Positions 1 to 10,313 of a stretch of DNA of 64,000 nucleotides are shown one piece after another. Every line of letters begins with the position of its first letter. Positions within the stretch are counted from its first letter, which is position 1. The notes beneath the pieces are model-generated. The model had not been told where the DNA came from. It made no database searches and saw only the letters and a program-made list of their open reading frames with translations. Source of the DNA: a candidate division FCPU426 bacterium. Its GTDB lineage: Bacteria; Oederibacteriota; Muellerivitia; Muellerivitales; Muellerivitaceae. The translations under genes were made by a program, and so were the position numbers. Location of the stretch: contig CAWCKJ010000002.1 of NCBI GenBank assembly GCA_963796105.1, positions 384,001-448,000 on the forward strand. Reading direction: 5' to 3'.

Positions 1-2
1 TT

Positions 3-863
3 CTTTTGGGGGTAATCAACCGCACCAAGGCCAAATTTGCCGGGCGCAAGGGCCGGCCCCTTCTTCAGGCCTACTATGACATCGCTAAACTTTTACGCAA
101 AGGCGCGGTTTACAGCAGGAGCACTACCTGGGTTTTCCGGGCGGGACCCATCGTTGGCTTGGCCTGCGTGCTGACGGCTTTTATTCTGGTGCCATTCGGG
201 GGAAGTCCCGCCCTGCTGGCATTCCCCATGGACCTTATTCTTTTCGCCTACCTTCTGGGACTCGGCCGCTTTTTCACGGTGCTGGCGGCGCTCGACACGG
301 CCTCGAGTTTCGAGGGGATGGGAGCCAGCAGGGAAGTGACCTTTTCCGCCCTGGCGGAACCAGCCCTGCTTCTGGCCCTAGCGGTCGTCGTCAGGGGGAC
401 GGGTGAAATGTCCTTATCCGGCATGTTCGGGGGTTTGAGTTTCGCGTCCTGGGCCGCGACTCCTGCCCCTATGACGCTCGCCTGCGCCGCGCTTTTCGTG
501 GTGTTGTTGGCGGAGAACGCCCGTATCCCGGTGGATGACCCCGAGACCCACCTGGAACTCACCATGGTGCATGAGGTGATGGTTCTGGACCACAGCGGTC
601 CCGACTTGGCCTATATCCAATACACGGCGGCGCTCAAATTTTGGATCTTGGGATCGCTCCTGGTGGGAATGATCCTTCCCACCCACGGCTTGAGTTCCTG
701 GGAATGCCTGGGAATTTCCACCGTTGGGTTAATTGTTCTTTCGGTGGCGGTCGGGATCGTCGAGTCCTTCATGGCGCGATTGAGGCTTTTGGTGGTGCCG
801 CGTCTTCTATTGGGCGCGGCGGCCTGTTCCCTGGTGGCCCTGCTCTTGGCGGTGTGGTCATGA
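3..863 (+). CDS. hyfC: Hydrogenase-4 component C / NuoH-like membrane subunit (5'-truncated by window edge)
   Basis: GRKGRPLLQAYYDIAKLLRK, SSFEGMGASRE and AENARIPVDDPETHLELTMVHE motifs of the HyfC/HycD/NuoH family; frame open from window start. Confidence 0.85.
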   Translation, partial: LLGVINRTKAKFAGRKGRPLLQAYYDIAKLLRKGAVYSRSTTWVFRAGPIVGLACVLTAFILVPFGGSPALLAFPMDLILFAYLLGLGRFFTVLAALDTASSFEGMGASREVTFSALAEPALLLALAVVVRGTGEMSLSGMFGGLSFASWAATPAPMTLACAALFVVLLAENARIPVDDPETHLELTMVHEVMVLDHSGPDLAYIQYTAALKFWILGSLLVGMILPTHGLSSWECLGISTVGLIVLSVAVGIVESFMARLRLLVVPRLLLGAAACSLVALLLAVWS

Positions 864-1489
864 ACAGCATTCTCGCGGCTGACATGGCCATTGTTCTCAT
901 CACCACCCTCATCATCTTGGGCTCCGGCCGTCTTGTCTTCTGCATCCGCCTGGTCGCGGTTCAAGGCATGGCCATCAGCCTCCTGCCCCTGGCTTCCCCT
1001 GACAACGCCTGGCTTTTCACGCTAGGCACTTTTGCCATCAAGGGAATCCTCCTGCCCTGGTTCCTTTTGAGGGCTAGGCGCCAAGCCGACGTCTATCGGG
1101 AGGAAAAGCCCATCGTGGGATTCGGGACCTCCCTGGCTGTGGGCGTCTTGATGCTGGCAGTCTCCTTCACGCTGGGAGCGCGACTGCCCCTGCCGGTTAC
1201 GACCCTCCCCGCGCTGGTGGTGCCTGCCGCTTTTTTCAATTTGTTCTCCGGACTTTTCCTGATCATCGGGCGGCGCACGGCCCTCGCCCAGGTTCTTGGC
1301 TACCTGGTCATGGAGAACGGAATCTACGCCTTCGGGATGACCTTCGTCAACCGGCAGTCGATCCTGGTGGAACTGGGGGTCCTCCTCGACCTAGCCGTGG
1401 GCGTTTTCGTGATGGTTCTACTCGTATTCCATATCAGCCGGCAGTTCGAGCATACCGACGTGGACAAGCTGAACCACTTGAAGGGATGA
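860..1489 (+). CDS. hyfE: Hydrogenase-4 component E-like membrane subunit
   Basis: ATG 860 overlaps the upstream stop (ATGA); hydrophobic; QVLGYLVMENGIY and VELGVLLDL motifs. Confidence 0.8.
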   Translation: MNSILAADMAIVLITTLIILGSGRLVFCIRLVAVQGMAISLLPLASPDNAWLFTLGTFAIKGILLPWFLLRARRQADVYREEKPIVGFGTSLAVGVLMLAVSFTLGARLPLPVTTLPALVVPAAFFNLFSGLFLIIGRRTALAQVLGYLVMENGIYAFGMTFVNRQSILVELGVLLDLAVGVFVMVLLVFHISRQFEHTDVDKLNHLKG

Positions 1490-1492
1490 CGC

Positions 1493-2977
1493 GTGATGGA
1501 TTTTAACGGCTTTATCTGGGTACTCCTGGCCCTACCGGCCCTTGCGGGAGCCCTTTGCCTTCTTTTGGGCTCGGCACGGAAAATCCTGGCGGTGGTGGCT
1601 GCCGCGGGATTGCTCTGGGCCGCGCTGGTTTCCTTGACGGCCTGGGCCGCGCTGGATTCCGGGCCCCTGGAGACTGCGAGCCGATGGCTGAGGCTGGACG
1701 CCCTCTCCGCCTACCACGCCATGGTCTTGGCCCTGGTTTTCGGGGCCGGCTCCATTTTCTCATGGGGATATTTCGGGACGGAAATAGCCTCGGGGAAATT
1801 GCGCCTGAGCGAGGCCAGGAAATTCGGCGTCTGCTGGTTCGGCGCCGGGGGCGCCATGGTCTTCGTGCTTCTTTGCAATAACATGGGGTTGATGTGGGTG
1901 GGAATCGAGGCTACCACCCTCCTGACCGCATTCCTGATCTGCGTGCACGTGAACTCCCTCTCGCTGGAGGCCACCTGGAAATATCTGCTGGTCTGCTCCG
2001 TGGGCGTGGCTTTCGCCTTTGTGGGAACCCTTCTGATCGGGGTCGCCTCGCAGGGAGCAAACCTGGCCCCTCCCGGGACGCTTCTCTGGACGAAACTGAA
2101 CGCTTCAGCCGGTCTGCTCAATCCCAAAACCATGAAACTAGCTTTTCTTTTCCTTTTCGTGGGTTACGGCACCAAGGCGGGGCTTGTTCCCCTGCACAGC
2201 TGGCTTCCGGACGCGCACAGCCAGGCTCCCGCGCCCGTGTCGGCGCTTTTCTCGGGCTTCATGCTCAACGCCGCTCTTTACTGCGTCATGCGCTGCCTTT
2301 CACTGGTGGAGTGCGCGCCCGGGGCGGAGGGGTGGGGAAGGGGATTGATGGAATTTTTCGGGATCGCCTCGATCCTGGTGGCGGCGGGATTCATCTTCCT
2401 CCAGAACGACGGCAAACGCCTTCTGGCCTACTCAAGCATCGAGCACATTGGAATCATCAGCTTGGGGTTGGGGATCGGGGGTCTGGGGACTTTCGCGGCC
2501 CTTTGGCACGTCTTGAACCACTCCCTCGGCAAGGCCCTGGCCTTTTTCTCCATGGGAAAACTCGGCCAGGTTTACGGCACCCACAACCTAAAACAAATCG
2601 CGGGGACCCTGAGGCGCTCGAAAATCTGGGGAATGGGTTTCGCCGGGTGGCTTCTCGCCCTGATCGGGACCGCGCCCTTCGCAATTTTCATGAGCGAGTT
2701 CCTGATCCTGCGCTCGGCGGTCCAGGCCAAAAAATATTTGGTGGTTGTTCTTTTCCTGACCGGAATCATGACGGTATTCGTAGGCGCCTTGCGCCATGTG
2801 ATCAATCCTGCCTGGGATAAAGCGGCGGAAGAGCCAAAACCGGAAAAAGCCGATATGCCGGGCCTGGTGATTGTCTTCTTTGGTTTGGGAGCGCTCCTGT
2901 TGTTGGGCTTTTGGATGCCAGAATGTTTGCGGGAAACCCTCGAGGCGGCTGTGAAGGTGCTGGGAGGGAAACCATGA
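1493..2977 (+). CDS. hyfF: Hydrogenase-4 component F / NuoL-MrpD-like proton-translocating subunit
   Basis: WVGIEATTL, GYGTKAGLVPLHSWLPDAHSQAPAPVSALFSG and KRLLAYSSIEHIG motifs. Confidence 0.88.
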   Translation: MMDFNGFIWVLLALPALAGALCLLLGSARKILAVVAAAGLLWAALVSLTAWAALDSGPLETASRWLRLDALSAYHAMVLALVFGAGSIFSWGYFGTEIASGKLRLSEARKFGVCWFGAGGAMVFVLLCNNMGLMWVGIEATTLLTAFLICVHVNSLSLEATWKYLLVCSVGVAFAFVGTLLIGVASQGANLAPPGTLLWTKLNASAGLLNPKTMKLAFLFLFVGYGTKAGLVPLHSWLPDAHSQAPAPVSALFSGFMLNAALYCVMRCLSLVECAPGAEGWGRGLMEFFGIASILVAAGFIFLQNDGKRLLAYSSIEHIGIISLGLGIGGLGTFAALWHVLNHSLGKALAFFSMGKLGQVYGTHNLKQIAGTLRRSKIWGMGFAGWLLALIGTAPFAIFMSEFLILRSAVQAKKYLVVVLFLTGIMTVFVGALRHVINPAWDKAAEEPKPEKADMPGLVIVFFGLGALLLLGFWMPECLRETLEAAVKVLGGKP

Positions 2978-4446
2978 ACGTCGAACCTTTACGCCTCTTC
3001 AATGGAAAGGCCTCGTCCCTTCGAGAATTACCGGTTTTGCCTGTTGAAAAATTCCGTGAATTCGTCATAGCGGGTGTTAAAGCCGGGGGAAGGATTGCCG
3101 CGCTTTTTGGAATGCCCTTGTCCGGAAGGAGAATCGAAATTTTGGCGGTTCTCGCGCGGGATAACAAGGCAGACCTTTTGGCCGCAACCACGGAGGTTGT
3201 GGATTCATATCCCTCCCTGACGCCGGATTGCCCCGAGGCCCATTTGTTCGAGAGAGAAATTTGGGAACAGACAGGATTGTTTCCGGAAGGCCACCTCTGG
3301 CTCAAGCCGGTTCGGTTTTATAAGGGCGGGGCAGGGATCACCGATTTCTACCGGGTCGAGGGAGGGGAAACCCATGAGGTCGCCGTGGGGCCCGTCCACG
3401 CGGGGATCATCGAGCCGGGACATTTTCGCTTCCAATGCCACGGGGAAGAGGTCTTGAACCTGGAAATTTCCCTCGGCTACCAGCACCGGGGAGTCGAAAG
3501 GGCACTCCTGGGAGGTCCCGACAAGAGGACTAATCACTATATGGAGACCCTGGCGGGGGATACCACCATTGGACATTCCACGGCCTATGCCATGGCGGTG
3601 GAAGCTCTGGGGGGAGTGGAACCTTCCGCCCGCGCCGAGGCCTTGAGGGCTATCGCTCTTGAATTGGAACGGCTCGCTAACCACACGGGCGACCTGGGGG
3701 CCTTGGCTGGCGACGTGGGATACCTGCCCACCGCCTCCTATTGCGGGCGCCTCCGGGGGGATTACCTCAACCTGACGGCGCTTCTCTGCGGGAACCGTTT
3801 CGGGCGTGGAATCGTGAGGCCCGGCGGGGTTGCTTTCGACCTGGACCGGGATCGGGCCGAGAAGATGGCGGAAAAACTCCGGCAAACACTCAAGGACACC
3901 CAAGACGCAGTCAACCTTTTATGGGTCACCCCCTCGGTCCTGGACCGTTTCGAGGGTACCGGCGTTGTCCCAAGGGAAACCTGCGTGGCACTCGGGCTTG
4001 TCGGGCCAGCCGCCCGGGCCTGCGGTTTGGAGAGGGATGTCCGCTATAACCATCCCTTCGGCATTTATCGCTTCGCCCATATTCCGGTCTCGACCTGGCC
4101 AAGCGGGGACGTCTATGGCAGGGCCCAGGTGAGGGGCTTGGAAATCCATAGGTCGGCGGGATATCTTCAAGAACAGTTGAAATCCCTTCCGGAAGGGGAC
4201 TTGAGGGCAGGCGTGGGGGAACTTGACTGTGACTCCATCGTTGTATCGCTGGTGGAGGGATGGCGCGGGGAGATCTGCCACGCGGTTGTGACGGGGCCTG
4301 ATGGGAATTTCAAGGCCTACAAGGTCTTCGACCCCTCGTTCCACAACTGGATGGGTTTAAGCCTGGCGCTTCGGGGCCAGGAGATTTCGGATTTCCCGCT
4401 TTGTAACAAGAGCTTCAACCTCTCGTACTGCGGGCATGATCTTTAA
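2974..4446 (+). CDS. Large subunit of a hydrogenase-4-like/Ehr complex (NuoC-D/HycE-like, lacks Ni-binding CxxC motifs)
   Basis: ATG 2974 overlaps the upstream stop; VGPVHAGIIEPGHFRF, LGYQHRGVE, VEGWRGE; C-terminus DFPLCNKSFNLSYCGHDL; no RxCGxC or DPCxxC. Confidence 0.85.
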   Translation: MNVEPLRLFNGKASSLRELPVLPVEKFREFVIAGVKAGGRIAALFGMPLSGRRIEILAVLARDNKADLLAATTEVVDSYPSLTPDCPEAHLFEREIWEQTGLFPEGHLWLKPVRFYKGGAGITDFYRVEGGETHEVAVGPVHAGIIEPGHFRFQCHGEEVLNLEISLGYQHRGVERALLGGPDKRTNHYMETLAGDTTIGHSTAYAMAVEALGGVEPSARAEALRAIALELERLANHTGDLGALAGDVGYLPTASYCGRLRGDYLNLTALLCGNRFGRGIVRPGGVAFDLDRDRAEKMAEKLRQTLKDTQDAVNLLWVTPSVLDRFEGTGVVPRETCVALGLVGPAARACGLERDVRYNHPFGIYRFAHIPVSTWPSGDVYGRAQVRGLEIHRSAGYLQEQLKSLPEGDLRAGVGELDCDSIVVSLVEGWRGEICHAVVTGPDGNFKAYKVFDPSFHNWMGLSLALRGQEISDFPLCNKSFNLSYCGHDL

Positions 4447-4459
4447 CGGGGGTACTAAG

Positions 4460-4798
4460 ATGAGGACGGTATTCTTGCTTATAGGAAGCAACCTGTTCAT
4501 GACGATCGCCTGGTACGGGCATTTGAAATTTAAAGGCGCGCCACTGTTCAAGGTCATCGTGGTGAGCTGGTTAATCGCCTTCTTCGAGTACTGCCTCCAG
4601 GTGCCCGCAAACCGATGGGGACATGAGACCTTCACCGCGCCCCAGCTCAAGATTTTGCAAGAGGTGATCACCCTGGCGGTCTTTATCGTTTTCTCGATCC
4701 TTTACCTGGGGGAAATGCCCAGGTGGAACCACTGGGTGGCCATGATGCTCATTTTCTGCGCGGTGGCTGTGGCCTTCTGGCCAGCCTTAAATAATTAA
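4460..4798 (+). CDS. DMT-superfamily small membrane protein (DUF486-like)
   Basis: SNLFMTIAWYGHLK, SWLIAFFEYCLQVPANR and QLKILQEVITL motifs. Confidence 0.8.
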   Translation: MRTVFLLIGSNLFMTIAWYGHLKFKGAPLFKVIVVSWLIAFFEYCLQVPANRWGHETFTAPQLKILQEVITLAVFIVFSILYLGEMPRWNHWVAMMLIFCAVAVAFWPALNN

Positions 4799-4811
4799 AG
4801 GGGATACATAA

Positions 4812-5570
4812 ATGTTGAAAGCTTCGCTAACCCGCATCCGCCAAGGGAACAGGACGATTCAATTCCCAAACGGCTCCGTCACATTGCCGGACCGATACAG
4901 GGGAAAGCCGGTCCTGGACCCGGACAAGTGCGCCGGGGACTGCCAAAAGTGCGTGGAAGTTTGCCCTACGGACGCGATCACGCTCTTGGAAAAGGGCCCT
5001 TTTCTTGACCTTGGGCGCTGTCTTTATTGCGCGGAGTGCGCGGAGGCCTGCCCCCAGGGGGCCGTCCAGTTTACGGGGGATTACCGCATGGCGGGACGTG
5101 GAAGGGAAGACCTGGTTGTCCAAAAGGAAATGAAGCTCGCGAAGGCCCTGGACGTGGAGGGGAAAAGGATTTTCGGGAGGTCGCTCAAGCTCAGGCAGGT
5201 CAGCGCGGGGGGGTGCAACGCCTGCGAGGCGGATGTGAATGTCCTGAATACCGTGGTGTTCGACCTCGGCAGGTTCGGGGTGCAGTTCGTGGCCTCCCCC
5301 CGACACGCAGACGGCCTGCTTATCACGGGGCCAGTCACCCAAAACATGAGGGAAGCGCTCCTGAAGACTTGGGAGGCTGTCCCGGCCCCCAAGATCGTCA
5401 TCGCGGTCGGCGCCTGCGCCGTCTCAGGCGGCCCCTATTCGGGCCACCCGGAACAAATCGGCGGGGCCGATTCCATTTTGCCCGTGGACCTTTACATCCC
5501 CGGATGTCCCCCTCATCCCCTCACGATCCTGGACGGGATCCTCCGGCTGCTGGGGAAAACAAAAGTATAG
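4812..5570 (+). CDS. 2x[4Fe-4S] ferredoxin fused to NuoB/HyfI-like small subunit
   Basis: CxxxCxxCxxxCP and CxxCxxCxxxCP at the N-terminus, then GGCNACE, ASPRHAD, AVGACA and IPGCPP. Confidence 0.88.
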   Translation: MLKASLTRIRQGNRTIQFPNGSVTLPDRYRGKPVLDPDKCAGDCQKCVEVCPTDAITLLEKGPFLDLGRCLYCAECAEACPQGAVQFTGDYRMAGRGREDLVVQKEMKLAKALDVEGKRIFGRSLKLRQVSAGGCNACEADVNVLNTVVFDLGRFGVQFVASPRHADGLLITGPVTQNMREALLKTWEAVPAPKIVIAVGACAVSGGPYSGHPEQIGGADSILPVDLYIPGCPPHPLTILDGILRLLGKTKV

Positions 5571-5744
5571 AAGGCTTTGGGATTATTATTCGGGGTCTTG
5601 AAAACATCATGTTTGGAATGGTGTTTCACCTTAAAAAGCGGAAATCAGATATCCAGTATTAAATCCAAGTTTTAAACAGCCCTTAAACCTTTCTCCCCGA
5701 TTTTTTCAGCGATTGTTCATTGAGTAATGCTTTCCCCCATTACG

Positions 5745-5764
5745 GTGTTACAAAAAAGTAACAC
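5745..5764. promoter_or_regulatory. Perfect palindrome GTGTTAC-AAAAAA-GTAACAC, candidate operator
   Basis: 7-bp perfect inverted arms with a 6-bp spacer in the intergenic region upstream of the NmrA-family gene. Confidence 0.45.
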
Positions 5765-5848
5765 TCATTGTTCCACTTGGCCTTGAAATTCAACCACTCA
5801 TGACTCAAATTATGCCCAATCATATTTAGGACATAAAAGGGGAGGAAC

Positions 5849-6058
5849 CGGCACTATACCAGCCTCTTTCTAAATAAATTAAATGGAGGGCTGGCATGTA
5901 CCGATCTTCCATAAACAAACAAAGAGATCGGCACTATACCAGCCTCTTTCTAAATAAATTAAATGGAGGGCTGGCATGTACCGATCTTCCATAAACAAAC
6001 AAAGAGATCGGCACTATACCAGCCTCTTTCTAAATAAATTAAATGGAGGGCTGGCATG
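5849..6058 (+). repeat. 80-bp perfect tandem repeat, about 2.6 copies
   Basis: GCACTATACCAGCCTC... recurs at 5851, 5931 and 6011; each unit carries GGAGG plus ATG (5896, 5976, 6056). Confidence 0.95.
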
Positions 6059-6955
6059 CCCAAGAAAACTTTTACGGTGATGGGAGCGACGGGCCATATC
6101 GGCCACGTGGTGGTGGAAAAACTACTGGAGAAGGGTCATCAAGTTAGGGCATTAGGCAGGGACGCCAAAAAGCTTTCAGGGCTAAAAGCAAAGGGCGCAA
6201 ATACTTTTTCCATAGCCTTTGATGATGCGAAAGCCCTTACCACGGCATTCCAAGGCGCGGATGGGGTTTTCATCATGACCCCGCCTTCATATACCGAGCA
6301 GGATTTATCGGCTTATCAGGACCGGGTGGGCGAGGCGGTTATCAAGGCGCTGATTGATTCCGGGGTCAAGACCGCCGTGAACCTAAGCTCCATCGGCGGC
6401 GAACAACCCTCCGGGACAGGGCCCATCGCGGGCCTTTACCGCATGGAACAACGCCTCAACAAATTGGGGGACTTAAACGTCGTTCACTTGAGGCCTGGGC
6501 CCTTCATGGAAAACCAGTACTATTCCATTCCAGCCCTCAAAGCCCATGGCATTTTCGGTTCTACCGGCCCTGGCAACTATCCCATGCCAGCTGTCGCCAC
6601 CAAGGACATAGGGGAAAAGGCAGCGGAGTTCCTGGACGGGTTCTTTATCCATGGGAAGATCGTATTTGATTTCGCGGGCCCCAGGGAATACACCCTTACG
6701 GAGGTGACCGCCGCCCTGGGAAAGGCTATTGGAAAACCCGGCCTCGCTTACGTCCAGTTCCCCTTTGAGGACGCCAAGAAAGCCATGCTGGGAAGCGGCA
6801 TGATTCCCAAGACGGTGGATTTGATGCTGGAAATGTACAAGGCCGGCAACGAGGGAAAATTGAGAGCGACCCAGGAGATCACCCCCGAGCACAGGGGAAA
6901 GACCACGATCGAGGAATTCGCCAAGGAATTCGCGGCCGTCTATTCCCAAAGTTGA
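6056..6955 (+). CDS. NmrA-family NAD(P)-binding protein (atypical SDR)
   Basis: N-terminal Rossmann motif VMGATGHIG; VNLSSIG; LRPGPFMEN; GGAGG RBS. Confidence 0.85.
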   Translation: MPKKTFTVMGATGHIGHVVVEKLLEKGHQVRALGRDAKKLSGLKAKGANTFSIAFDDAKALTTAFQGADGVFIMTPPSYTEQDLSAYQDRVGEAVIKALIDSGVKTAVNLSSIGGEQPSGTGPIAGLYRMEQRLNKLGDLNVVHLRPGPFMENQYYSIPALKAHGIFGSTGPGNYPMPAVATKDIGEKAAEFLDGFFIHGKIVFDFAGPREYTLTEVTAALGKAIGKPGLAYVQFPFEDAKKAMLGSGMIPKTVDLMLEMYKAGNEGKLRATQEITPEHRGKTTIEEFAKEFAAVYSQS

Positions 6956-7011
6956 GACTCGTAGATGCGGCGTGAACTTAAAAGGAAACCAATCTAACGT
7001 GAGCGTGGGAA

Positions 7012-7590
7012 TTGCATAAAGGCCGGTTGGAAGCTTTTAGTGACGGGGTTTTGGCCATCATCATCACCATCATGGTGTTGGAATTGAGGCCGCCACATAG
7101 CGTGGATATAAGCGCCTTGCGGCCCCTGATTCCGAGCCTGATCAGCTACATCCTGAGTTTCACTTTCGTCGGAATCTACTGGAACAACCATCACCACCTG
7201 ATGCAAGCAGTAGAAAGGGTGAACGGCAAGATCCTCCTGGCCAACCTCCATCTGCTTTTTTGGCTTTCCCTGACGCCTTTTGTCACGGCCTGGATGGGGG
7301 AGAATGGGTTCGGCTCCTGGCCTGTTGCCCTTTACGGAGTGGTCCTGCTCTTTTCCGCGGTGGCCTATACCATCCTGGTGAAGTCCCTTATTTCTCATCA
7401 TGGGAAGGACTCGCTCCTGGCCAGGGCGATCGGAAACGACTTCAAGGGTTATCTCTCCCTGGGTTTGTACGCCTCGGCGATTCCCGTCGCCTTCTTTTAC
7501 CCCTGGGTTTCCTATGGAATGTATTTCTTGGTGGCGGTGATATGGTTGTTGCCGGATCGAAGAATCGAGAAAATTCTGGCCGTTAAGTAA
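7012..7590 (+). CDS. TMEM175-family (DUF1211) potassium channel
   Basis: RLEAFSDGVLAIIITIMVLE and YWNNHHH signatures; TTG start. Confidence 0.9.
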   Translation: MHKGRLEAFSDGVLAIIITIMVLELRPPHSVDISALRPLIPSLISYILSFTFVGIYWNNHHHLMQAVERVNGKILLANLHLLFWLSLTPFVTAWMGENGFGSWPVALYGVVLLFSAVAYTILVKSLISHHGKDSLLARAIGNDFKGYLSLGLYASAIPVAFFYPWVSYGMYFLVAVIWLLPDRRIEKILAVK

Positions 7591-7768
7591 AAAGATCTTT
7601 TTGAAATTTTCATCCGATAGTTTTGGAAATTAGTAGTTCCTTCAGGTAACTAGTATGATTTATTTACACAAATCTAACATGAAATCTTCCTGCATGGCCT
7701 TGAAACATTTTTCGTAAGGGGGGAGAATCTAGCGGTCATATAAACCGGACAATCAGGGGAGGCGGGAT

Positions 7769-9076
7769 ATGCGGAGATTTTTTAATTTCAAAATAAACGG
7801 GAAGCACGTTTACCTTTGGGTTTGTTATTTATTCTTAGGTCTCTTATCCGCAATGATCGGCGCCTGCAGTAATTCCAATAACCCTTCCTCGCCGAATAAC
7901 GGTCCCACAAGTACTCCCACGAATTCACCGACCATCACCGACACGCCAACCATCACCAATTCGCCGACTATCACATCCACGCCAACTTTTACCAACACCC
8001 ATACGCTCACCTTGACTCCGACAATTACTAACACCCCCACTGATACCTACACCCCGACCGAAACTTATACCCCTTCCAACACCTTCACCATCACGGACAC
8101 CCCGACCATTACCAATACCCCTACCATCACCCCGACTTTTACCATCACGAATACGCCAACCATTACCAATTCACCTACTAATACTTTATCCCCGACTAAC
8201 ACGGTTCCGGAGACTTCCACTTACACTCCGTCACCTTCCAATACACCTACCAACACCCCGATCGTGCCGACCAGCACCTCCACGCTTTGCCCCACGCAAA
8301 CCCTCACGAATACCCCGGGATCCACCACTAATACCATTTCGGGAAGCGTGACCTATACGGGAGGGTCCACGGTGAACAGCTCCCACACGATAGGGATCGC
8401 TTGTTTCAATCCCGGCGGCAATGGAAGCGGGAGTAATTATGTTCAGTTTTTAACCAGCTCAAAGGGAAATTATGAATTCTATGGATTATCAGCTGGGGCA
8501 ACCTACCTTCTCGTCAGCTGGTATAACTCATCAGGCGACGGTAATAAAAACCCTCAACCCCATGCTGGGGATTACGCTTATTCATACAATGTGTCTTCCT
8601 GCGATGTTTCCACTTGGGATTTCATCGTGCTTCCCGCCGGAAACAATACCGGGTACAACATGACCTTTGGAAACACATACTTAGTTTCCGCCTATGGGGG
8701 AACGGTCACCTATTCCGGGTCCTTGGGCCGCGTTGACGGCTGTCACAACCTCTATATAGAGCTTTATCCCTCAGGGACCAGCCTTTACGGCGCCTCCAAC
8801 AGCGTCACTTCCTGCAGTAGCAATTGCAACAACAACCAAGTGTCCTACAACGCCAATGGAGTTACTTTTAGCACAGTTCCATTCAGCCAGACCGTCAATC
8901 TCTGCAATACGCAGACAATGGATATCCTTTTCTATTATCAAAATCCAAACAGCGGCGGCGGGAGCGGAGGAGGTATTCAAACTGGCGATCCCTATGTTTA
9001 CCTGACAAACGTGAATACCAGCACAAGCGCCACGTCTGTCGGCGCGGTCAACATTACGGATACTAATACCTATTAA
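7769..9076 (+). CDS. Putative lipoprotein with Thr/Pro-rich stalk and two beta-rich C-terminal domains
   Basis: Lipobox-like IGA-C after a hydrophobic stretch; about 140 aa of (T-X)n; repeated GxVTYxG domain starts. Confidence 0.7.
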   Translation: MRRFFNFKINGKHVYLWVCYLFLGLLSAMIGACSNSNNPSSPNNGPTSTPTNSPTITDTPTITNSPTITSTPTFTNTHTLTLTPTITNTPTDTYTPTETYTPSNTFTITDTPTITNTPTITPTFTITNTPTITNSPTNTLSPTNTVPETSTYTPSPSNTPTNTPIVPTSTSTLCPTQTLTNTPGSTTNTISGSVTYTGGSTVNSSHTIGIACFNPGGNGSGSNYVQFLTSSKGNYEFYGLSAGATYLLVSWYNSSGDGNKNPQPHAGDYAYSYNVSSCDVSTWDFIVLPAGNNTGYNMTFGNTYLVSAYGGTVTYSGSLGRVDGCHNLYIELYPSGTSLYGASNSVTSCSSNCNNNQVSYNANGVTFSTVPFSQTVNLCNTQTMDILFYYQNPNSGGGSGGGIQTGDPYVYLTNVNTSTSATSVGAVNITDTNTY

Positions 9077-9200
9077 AAAAATGCGTTCATAAGAGACGAA
9101 ATCGAGCGACGCAATCTTTATTTTCAGATGCGGCCATGCCCTTATCTGTGTTCACCCTCATTCGATTGGTCCCATCCCATTAGAAACATCGAGAGATTAA

Positions 9201-9401
9201 ATGAAATTAACCGTTAACGGCGAAGACCGGGAATTCCCAGGAGAAATGATGCTGGGTGAAGTTATGAGCCGATTGGAGATCAAAAAGGAGATGGTAGCGG
9301 CGGCGGTCAACCGGCAAGTCATCCATTCCAATGAAGTACCGAATTTCAAGCTGGAAGATGGCGACCATGTTGAGTTGATCCAAATTGTCGGCGGCGGATG
9401 A
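9201..9401 (+). CDS. thiS: Sulfur carrier protein ThiS
   Basis: 66 aa, VNGE...AVN...VGGG C-terminus, directly upstream of thiG. Confidence 0.92.
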   Translation: MKLTVNGEDREFPGEMMLGEVMSRLEIKKEMVAAAVNRQVIHSNEVPNFKLEDGDHVELIQIVGGG

Positions 9402-9455
9402 ACCATTTGGTGCGAATCTGATTAGGTTTATAAATCTTAAAATGAGGAATAAACC

Positions 9456-10241
9456 ATGAGCGGCAATGAAGGAATGGATTGCTGGCAAATCAACGGCAAG
9501 GAATTCACCTCGAGGCTTTTAATAGGAACCGGTAAATACTCAAGCCATGAGTTGATGGCTCAATGCCTGGAGGCGTCGGGGGCCCAAATCATAACGGTGG
9601 CTTTAAGAAGGATTCCCCTCGACAAGAAGAAGGAAGAGAAAAACCTGCTCGATTTCATCGACCTGAAAAAATACACCCTACTTCCCAACACGGCAGGCTG
9701 TTACAGCGTTGAGGAAGCGGTGCATGTGGCCCACCTCTCCCGGGCCGCCGGTATTTCTGATTTCGTCAAACTGGAGGTGTTATTTGACGAGGCGACCCTT
9801 CTTCCGGACCCCCTCGCCACCCTGGAGGCCACCCGGATCCTTGTCAAAGAGGGTTTTACCGTAATGACATACACCTCGGACGACCCAGTCATGGCCCAAA
9901 AACTGGAACAGGCCGGGGCTCACGCAGTGATGCCGGCTGGCTCTCCCATCGGCTCGGGACAAGGCGTATTGAACCCCAACAACATCCGGATCATTTTAGA
10001 GAAATTGAGGTGTCCTGTCCTGATTGACGCAGGCGTGGGCTGCGCCTCGGACGTGGCGGGGGCCATGGAGCTTGGTGTCGTCGCGATATTGCTGAACACC
10101 GGCATCGCCCACGCGAAGGATCCCTTGAAGATGGCCCGAGCCATGAAAGCCGCATGTGAGGCCGGACGTTTATCCCACCTCGCGGGGCGCATTCCCAAAA
10201 AGCTTTACGCTCAAGCTTCCACCCCCGCCAAAGATTTTTAA
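9456..10241 (+). CDS. thiG: Thiazole synthase ThiG
   Basis: [39 protein letters not shown]. Confidence 0.96.
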   Translation: MSGNEGMDCWQINGKEFTSRLLIGTGKYSSHELMAQCLEASGAQIITVALRRIPLDKKKEEKNLLDFIDLKKYTLLPNTAGCYSVEEAVHVAHLSRAAGISDFVKLEVLFDEATLLPDPLATLEATRILVKEGFTVMTYTSDDPVMAQKLEQAGAHAVMPAGSPIGSGQGVLNPNNIRIILEKLRCPVLIDAGVGCASDVAGAMELGVVAILLNTGIAHAKDPLKMARAMKAACEAGRLSHLAGRIPKKLYAQASTPAKDF

Positions 10242-10313
10242 ACCTGCCTTACAGAAGCCGGAGGTTTACGTTCCGGCCACCGCCATCATTGAAATTCTAA
10301 TGTTGGAGACGCC

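Noticed and set aside
2974..4446. Functional [NiFe]-hydrogenase large subunit
   Set aside because: Both Ni-ligating CxxC motifs are absent
5849..6058. CRISPR array
   Set aside because: The would-be spacers are identical, so it is a plain tandem duplication; no cas genes in the window
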